Shown: one piece after another, positions 59,028 to 64,000 of the stretch | Numbering within the stretch: the stretch's first letter is position 1 | Layout: the number at the start of each line of letters is the position of its first letter | Assembly (NCBI GenBank): GCA_965202625.1 | Contig: CBDBBI010000010.1 | Span: forward strand, 96,001-160,000 | Length of the DNA: 64,000 nucleotides | Source: a bacterium | GTDB taxonomy: Bacteria > UBA8248 | Direction of reading: 5' to 3' | Position numbers and translations under genes: made by a program | The notes under the pieces: generated by a model | Seen by the model: only the letters and a program-made list of their open reading frames with translations | What the model was told of the DNA's origin: nothing | Databases searched by the model: none

Positions 59028-59978
59028 TTAAGTCACGGTATCACGGCGGTAGTAGTCCGTGAACCACTGGGGGTTTTCGCGGTATTCTACCTCTCCGCCC
59101 GGGTGGATTCGCGCGGTGGCGCGTCTGAGCGCGAAGCATTGGTGGTGAATAGATATCGGCATTCCGCCGGTGTGGGTGTAGGCCACCTCAATGTGGGTGT
59201 CCATCACCGCTCCCTCGCCCTTGAAGCCCATCGGGCCGAGGCTCGTCCTTCTCCCGAGCTCGTTCAGTTCCTCCTCAAGTTTCGCAATTTCCGGGTCCGG
59301 GTTCCTGTCGCCCACCACCCTAAGGCACGCCGCCTCTTTGGCGAGGCGCACGCAGGTGTCCTTGGTGCCGCCGATGCCCACGCCCACGATGGCCGGCTGA
59401 CAGGAGAGGCCGCGCTTGAAGAACTCGCTGATCACGTCCAGGAAAAAGCGCTTGACGCCATTGATTCCGTCGGTGGGGAAGAGCATCCGATAGTCCCCGC
59501 CGAAGAGACCTCCCTTGTGGAAGCTGGTGAGTTCCAGCCAATCCGCGTCTGGCTCCCATGAATAGTCCACCGTGGGGGCGTGGATGCCCACGTTGTTGTT
59601 GTAGTCGTGCCGGCTGAGGGGATGCACCCTGTTGGGGCGCAGGGGGACGCGCTCTGTGGCCTCCGCCGTTCCCTGGCGAATCGACCTCTCGAGCGCGACG
59701 AAGCCGCCCTCGAGTAGCGCGTCGTTCCCCACCTTGGCATAGAAGCGTGGTAGCCCTGTGTCAGCGCACATGGGGCGCTGCTCCTCCACAGCGACCTGAT
59801 AGTTGTTGACTATCTCGAGAAGCACGAATTTCGATAGTTTTTGGGTCTCGCACTCCGCCATGTCCGTGATGCGCTCGCCTACGTCTTTGGGGATGCCGAT
59901 GGCGGCGCGGCGGTTGAGCTGGAAGGCGACTTCCCGTATCAGTTCGTTGCTGATGGCGCGTTCTGTAGCGATTGGCAT
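59028..59978 (-). CDS. Fe-S hydro-lyase (fumarate hydratase/tartrate dehydratase) alpha subunit
   Basis: PMCADTG, LRPN, KGG, SCQP..VGVGIGG, LGPMG..G, HT, QC; start MPIA at 59978. Confidence 0.9.
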   Translation of the reverse strand: MPIATERAISNELIREVAFQLNRRAAIGIPKDVGERITDMAECETQKLSKFVLLEIVNNYQVAVEEQRPMCADTGLPRFYAKVGNDALLEGGFVALERSIRQGTAEATERVPLRPNRVHPLSRHDYNNNVGIHAPTVDYSWEPDADWLELTSFHKGGLFGGDYRMLFPTDGINGVKRFFLDVISEFFKRGLSCQPAIVGVGIGGTKDTCVRLAKEAACLRVVGDRNPDPEIAKLEEELNELGRRTSLGPMGFKGEGAVMDTHIEVAYTHTGGMPISIHHQCFALRRATARIHPGGEVEYRENPQWFTDYYRRDTVT

Positions 59979-59997
59979 ATTGACGTCCTCCGCGCGT

Positions 59998-60786
59998 TCA
60001 TGGCCCGGGCGCGCTTCCCCGGAATATGGATGCGGCAAATTCCTTGAACCCGCGCGCCATGGCGAGGCGCTTGAGTCCCTTGATGGCGCCCGTCGGGCTG
60101 ATTCCTTTGGGACAACTCTCCGTGCAATTATATTGTGAATGGCATCGCCAGGTGCCATCCTCCGTGCAAACCTCCAGAAGTCTTCTCTCGCCCAGAGCGT
60201 CCCGGCTGTCGTTCACGAGCGTATAGGCGCGGTTGAGCGCCGCCGGCCCCAAATAATCTCTATCATGCCCTACAATGGAGCAGGAGGCATAGCAGATGCC
60301 GCACGTGATGCACTCAACGTGCGGCGCAATGCGCCTGCGCTCGCTCGCGCCAGGCGGAATCAGCGCAGGCGCTCTCTCCGCCGCTTTCGTGGGTTCGAGC
60401 CAGCCGCGCGCTTTTTTCATTTTATCGAAAAACGGCGACATATCGACCGCAAGGTCGCTCAGTACCGGAAAGTTCGCCAGCGGCTCGAGCTTGATCTCCT
60501 CACCCAGACCGTCGAGGCGTGTCCGGCAGGCCCAGGTGGGGCGGCCGTTGACGCTGAGAGCGCAGGTGCCGCACATGCCCACCCGGCAGGAGTAGCGAAA
60601 CGAAAGGGTGGCGTCCAGCGCGCTCTGAATGGCGACTAGTGCGTCGAGGACCGTCATGCGCGGGCCGGTAGCAACTTCAAAGCCATCTATGCGCGCTTCG
60701 CCGTCATGGGATGCGCCGCCCCTGCGGATGAGAATTCGCACTGTCGGGGGCTTCGCCGATTTTTTCTCTCCCGCATCCGCGCTCAC
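59998..60786 (-). CDS. succinate dehydrogenase/fumarate reductase-like iron-sulfur subunit
   Basis: SCRVGMCGTC...C (2Fe-2S), CITCGICYASC, CHSQYNCTESCP; GTG start at 60786. Confidence 0.92.
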   Translation of the reverse strand: MSADAGEKKSAKPPTVRILIRRGGASHDGEARIDGFEVATGPRMTVLDALVAIQSALDATLSFRYSCRVGMCGTCALSVNGRPTWACRTRLDGLGEEIKLEPLANFPVLSDLAVDMSPFFDKMKKARGWLEPTKAAERAPALIPPGASERRRIAPHVECITCGICYASCSIVGHDRDYLGPAALNRAYTLVNDSRDALGERRLLEVCTEDGTWRCHSQYNCTESCPKGISPTGAIKGLKRLAMARGFKEFAASIFRGSAPGP

Positions 60787-61130
60787 GCCCAGAACCTCCA
60801 ATAATCCTTGTGCATGACGGCGAGCCAGAAGAAGGCGACGACGCCCAGGACGCTCAAAATCCACAGAAGTTTTCTTTGGTGACGATCCGGAAAGCCGAAA
60901 TCTGTCAGAATCACTTTGACGCCGTGCATGGCATGCCAAACGACGAGGATGAGCATGGTGATGCGGATCGAGTCGAGGTAAGGATTCATCACGTGAATCG
61001 GGAAAAGCACGATGAGTGCCAAGGCGGAGATTCTTTGCAGCACCCAGGCCCACATGCCCGGATACATGGAACGCCAAGCGCTGATTCTCCAGGATGGAGG
61101 ATTCGTCCTGAAGTTTTTCACGCGCGTCAT
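60783..61130 (-). CDS. small SdhC-like membrane anchor
   Basis: GMWAWVLQRIS, H, WHAMHG..VIL.D. Confidence 0.8.
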   Translation of the reverse strand: MTRVKNFRTNPPSWRISAWRSMYPGMWAWVLQRISALALIVLFPIHVMNPYLDSIRITMLILVVWHAMHGVKVILTDFGFPDRHQRKLLWILSVLGVVAFFWLAVMHKDYWRFWA

Positions 61131-61155
61131 CTTTGGCCTTCTCTCCGTTTTGGAG

Positions 61156-62877
61156 TCAATCGATAAAATGCGGCGCGGGCGCTTCCTGGGCGGCCGGCGT
61201 CGCCGGCTCCAGCCGGCTGAACGCGACGGGCCTTCGTTCAAGGACCGCCCTTTCGCCTTCGCGCTTGACGTAGACGTTATAGAGTCCCCTTTCTTCTACA
61301 TCGGGATGATCGTCTCGATAGTGGCTGCCCCGGCTCTCGTCGCGCTCAAGGGCTGAGCGCGCGATCAGCTCCGCCGCGCACAGCTGGTTCCGCACGTCGA
61401 GCGCGTTTTGCCAAGCGAGGTTATAGGCGCACGCGCCGCCCGCTCGAGCGGAGGCGGCGCGTTCTTTGAGAGCCAGAATGTCCTGGACGCCGCTTTCTAT
61501 GTCCCTGCCGTTTCTTCTCAAGCCCACCTTTTCCCACATCGTCTCCTTGAGCGCCGCCCGAATGGGGTAGGGGGATTCACCCTCTCCCAGCGCGTCCAGC
61601 GTCTTCTCCCGCGCTTCGGCGAGCGCGCTCGCGTCGTATGGGAAGAGGGGAGATTCCGCCGCTTCCTCGGCCATCGTCTCGCCCGCGATCTCGCCGAACA
61701 CCGTGGCGTTGGCCACCCCGTTTCCGCCCAGGCGGTTCGCCCCGTGCGCGCCTCCTGCGTCCTCGCCGGCGGCGTAGAGGCCGGCGAGGTCTGTGCGGCA
61801 TTCGGCGTCGATCCGCACCCCGCCCATCATGTAGTGCGCGGTGGGCGTCACCTCCACGGCGCCGCCCGCCAGGTCGTAGCCCAGGTCGGCGCAGCGTTCG
61901 AGCATGCCCTTGAAATTCTTGCGAACGAAGCGGCGGCCCAAGTGGCTCACGTCGATGAACACCCCGCCGCGCTCAGTGCCCCTGCCTTCGAGTATCTCTG
62001 TATAGCCCGCGCGCGAGACGACGTCGCGCGTGGCGCGCTCCATGCGCTCGGAATCGTATCGCTCCATGTAGCGCTCGCCGTTCGCGTTCTTGAGGTGTCC
62101 GCCCGCCCCGCGCAGGCCCTCCTCCAGCAGTGTGCCGGTGATCTGAAGGCCGTCTCCCGTTAGGATGCCCGTCGGGTGAAACTGCACCATCTCCATGTCT
62201 CGAAAAGACGCGCCCGCCTCCCATGCGAGCGCCATTCCGTCCGTAGCGAGTTCCTGCGCGCAGGCGGAGATTTTGTAGAGCGTGGGGCCGCCTCCCGTGG
62301 CGAGGAGCGTGCATTTCGCGTTCACAGCGATGAAATCGCCGCTCTGGACGTTGAGCAGCAAGGCGCCGGCGACGCGCTCTGGCGCGCCTTTGGCGGGCAG
62401 GAGTGCCACCGCTCTCGTTTCCTCAAGCACTTCCACCTCGCGCCTCATGAGCTGCTCCGCCACGCGGTTGGTGATCTCGATGCCCGTCAAGTCCCCCTTG
62501 TGCACCGTTCTGTCGAAACTCTGTCCTGCGAACGCTTTTTGGTGAATCGTACCGTCCTCGTTTCTGTCGAAGAAACAGCCGCACACGGTTTCGAGCCGCT
62601 CCACGCAGCCGGGAGCGCGGCTCACGAGCGTCCAGGCGAGCTCCTGATCGTTGATCCAGGCCCCGCCCTTCAAGGTGTCGAGAAAATGGTTCTCCACTGA
62701 ATCAGTCTCGGCGAGGGCGACGTTGTAGCCCCCCTGCACCATGCGCGTGCAGCCGCTTTTTCCAAAAAGGCCCTTCACCGCCAGGGTGATGTCGAGGCTT
62801 GGGTTTCTAGAGTGCGCGGCGAGCGCGCCGAGGAGGCCCGCGCCGCCCGATCCGAGGATGAGGATGTCTGTTTTCAT
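61156..62877 (-). CDS. succinate dehydrogenase/fumarate reductase-family flavoprotein (TfrA-like)
   Basis: GSGGAG, KSGCTRMVQGG, QFHPT, EGLRG, TRDVVSR, HYMMGG, HGANRLGGN, ESRGSH. Confidence 0.9.
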   Translation of the reverse strand: MKTDILILGSGGAGLLGALAAHSRNPSLDITLAVKGLFGKSGCTRMVQGGYNVALAETDSVENHFLDTLKGGAWINDQELAWTLVSRAPGCVERLETVCGCFFDRNEDGTIHQKAFAGQSFDRTVHKGDLTGIEITNRVAEQLMRREVEVLEETRAVALLPAKGAPERVAGALLLNVQSGDFIAVNAKCTLLATGGGPTLYKISACAQELATDGMALAWEAGASFRDMEMVQFHPTGILTGDGLQITGTLLEEGLRGAGGHLKNANGERYMERYDSERMERATRDVVSRAGYTEILEGRGTERGGVFIDVSHLGRRFVRKNFKGMLERCADLGYDLAGGAVEVTPTAHYMMGGVRIDAECRTDLAGLYAAGEDAGGAHGANRLGGNGVANATVFGEIAGETMAEEAAESPLFPYDASALAEAREKTLDALGEGESPYPIRAALKETMWEKVGLRRNGRDIESGVQDILALKERAASARAGGACAYNLAWQNALDVRNQLCAAELIARSALERDESRGSHYRDDHPDVEERGLYNVYVKREGERAVLERRPVAFSRLEPATPAAQEAPAPHFID

Positions 62878-63058
62878 CGCGCGCAAAAGGCTGGTTCCCC
62901 AAGGGAATCAAAAGTCTGTTTCCAGTAAGATAAGGATGCCACAGCAAACGAAGTCGGGACAAGCCACGTCCTCGGCGCCCGGAAATACGCTTTTCGTTAT
63001 GCGGGATGGATGCGCCGTCATCCATCGGGAGGAATCGCGCCATTAGGAACGCTTCTCG

Positions 63059-63754
63059 TTACAGTTTTTTCAGGATGATGACGCGGCGATAGTCCGTCCA
63101 AAGGCGCGAGAATCCGAAATTCTCCTGTATCCACGCGAAAGTCTCCAGCCGGTAGAAGCACAGGTGGGTGAAGTCGCGCCTGTAGTGCCAGTTGTTCATG
63201 AAAAGCGTCTTGTCCCAGAACGCCGTCATGACGGCGAGGAGGCCGCCGGTTTTGAGGTTGTCATGGATTTTCCAGAGTTGCTCGGCCGGACGCCTGAAAT
63301 GCTCGAACGTCTCGCTTGACGCGATGAAGTCGAAGGGGCCGTCGGGCATTTCGGGGAAGAAAAACGGATCGAAGGGCAGGCACTCCAGCCCGGCGTTTTT
63401 CAGGATTTCACATAAGGCGGGGTGCGCGTCGGGGGCGGGGCCGGCGCCGAAATCAAGACCCCGCACGCCTTTGCGCGCTATTCTCGCCAGAGGAGCGCTG
63501 AGCTGTTCCAGAAAGGCGACGTAGCTTTTATCCGTCACCGAGTTTTGGTGTTGCTCGTATCTCACTTTTTCCTCATCGGAGGCGGGCCAGAATGTTCGGG
63601 GAACGAAAATGAGCCGGCAGACGGAGCAAAGAAAATAATCTCGCATCTCGGCGTGAAGATAGAGACGGCACGCATTGCTCCGGCACAAGGGGCAGGCTTT
63701 TACCGTCGCGTTCGTCGGGAGCCGGTGCGGTGTTCTCGTCATTTTAGAGGCCAT
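63059..63754 (-). CDS. class I SAM-dependent methyltransferase with N-terminal Zn ribbon
   Basis: CPLC...CSVC, LDFGAG, ETFEH, WHY.RD.TH. Confidence 0.88.
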   Translation of the reverse strand: MASKMTRTPHRLPTNATVKACPLCRSNACRLYLHAEMRDYFLCSVCRLIFVPRTFWPASDEEKVRYEQHQNSVTDKSYVAFLEQLSAPLARIARKGVRGLDFGAGPAPDAHPALCEILKNAGLECLPFDPFFFPEMPDGPFDFIASSETFEHFRRPAEQLWKIHDNLKTGGLLAVMTAFWDKTLFMNNWHYRRDFTHLCFYRLETFAWIQENFGFSRLWTDYRRVIILKKL

Positions 63755-64000
63755 GCGGCGGATGAAAACAAGAGCAGTCCACGATTGGAGATTGATGGGC
63801 GTTGGGACGCCATGAAATCACTTGATGCGATTGTATCGGCTCGCATTTTTTCGGACAACGAAGGGATGGGGCGGAGGGTACGTGGTCGCTCGCTTTCCGC
63901 CCTGGGTTGAAGTTCTTGGCACTTCGTGTTGACACTCCCGCGCGCCATCCCCTAGCGTGTGTCGCTCTTGTCAGAGCACTCGCAAGAGCGGCGCGCGTCG

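Noticed and set aside
60787-61077. Long N-terminal extension of the Fe-S subunit (359-aa ORF)
   Set aside because: It overlaps the SdhC-like gene in another frame; GTG 60786 overlapping the anchor stop gives a normal-sized subunit.
1-64000. CRISPR arrays, IS elements, integrases, prophage genes, rRNA
   Set aside because: No regularly spaced repeats and no transposase, recombinase or phage motifs were recognised by eye. The many long antisense ORFs are shadows of GC-rich genes.

Overview
A GC-rich bacterial chromosomal segment, mostly metabolic genes: two IlvD/Edd-family dehydratases, queC, priA, metX, a siroheme/sulfite-nitrite reductase operon, a LeuC/LeuD-like pair, an M16 peptidase pair, and an Sdh/Frd-like plus Fe-S hydro-lyase cluster. 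It also has two tRNAs (Asn-GTT, Val-CAC) and several decayed pseudogenes. No CRISPR array, IS element or integrase was seen. The main hidden signal is four thioredoxin-fold genes that the ORF track splits or truncates. In each, an in-frame TGA sits exactly at the catalytic Cys position: a signal-peptide TlpA/DipZ-like redoxin (WTFG-U-INC) and three DsbA/FrnE-like proteins (EYH-U-PWA, DYT-U-PFC, CYV-U-PYA). Each TGA is followed by a hairpin, and in the three DsbA-like genes the hairpin has the same register with compensatory base changes, as expected for bacterial SECIS elements. These are probable selenoproteins, including unusual UxxA and CxxU forms, and one leads an operon with a cytochrome b and a Tat-exported molybdoenzyme. 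Other candidates: an AT-richer HNH + DGQH(ParB/DndB-like) gene beside the tRNA-Asn 3' end (possible defence protein), a MetX-NIL fusion, and a TfrA-like flavoprotein complex with a single small membrane anchor. All calls come from motifs read by eye; no database searches were run.
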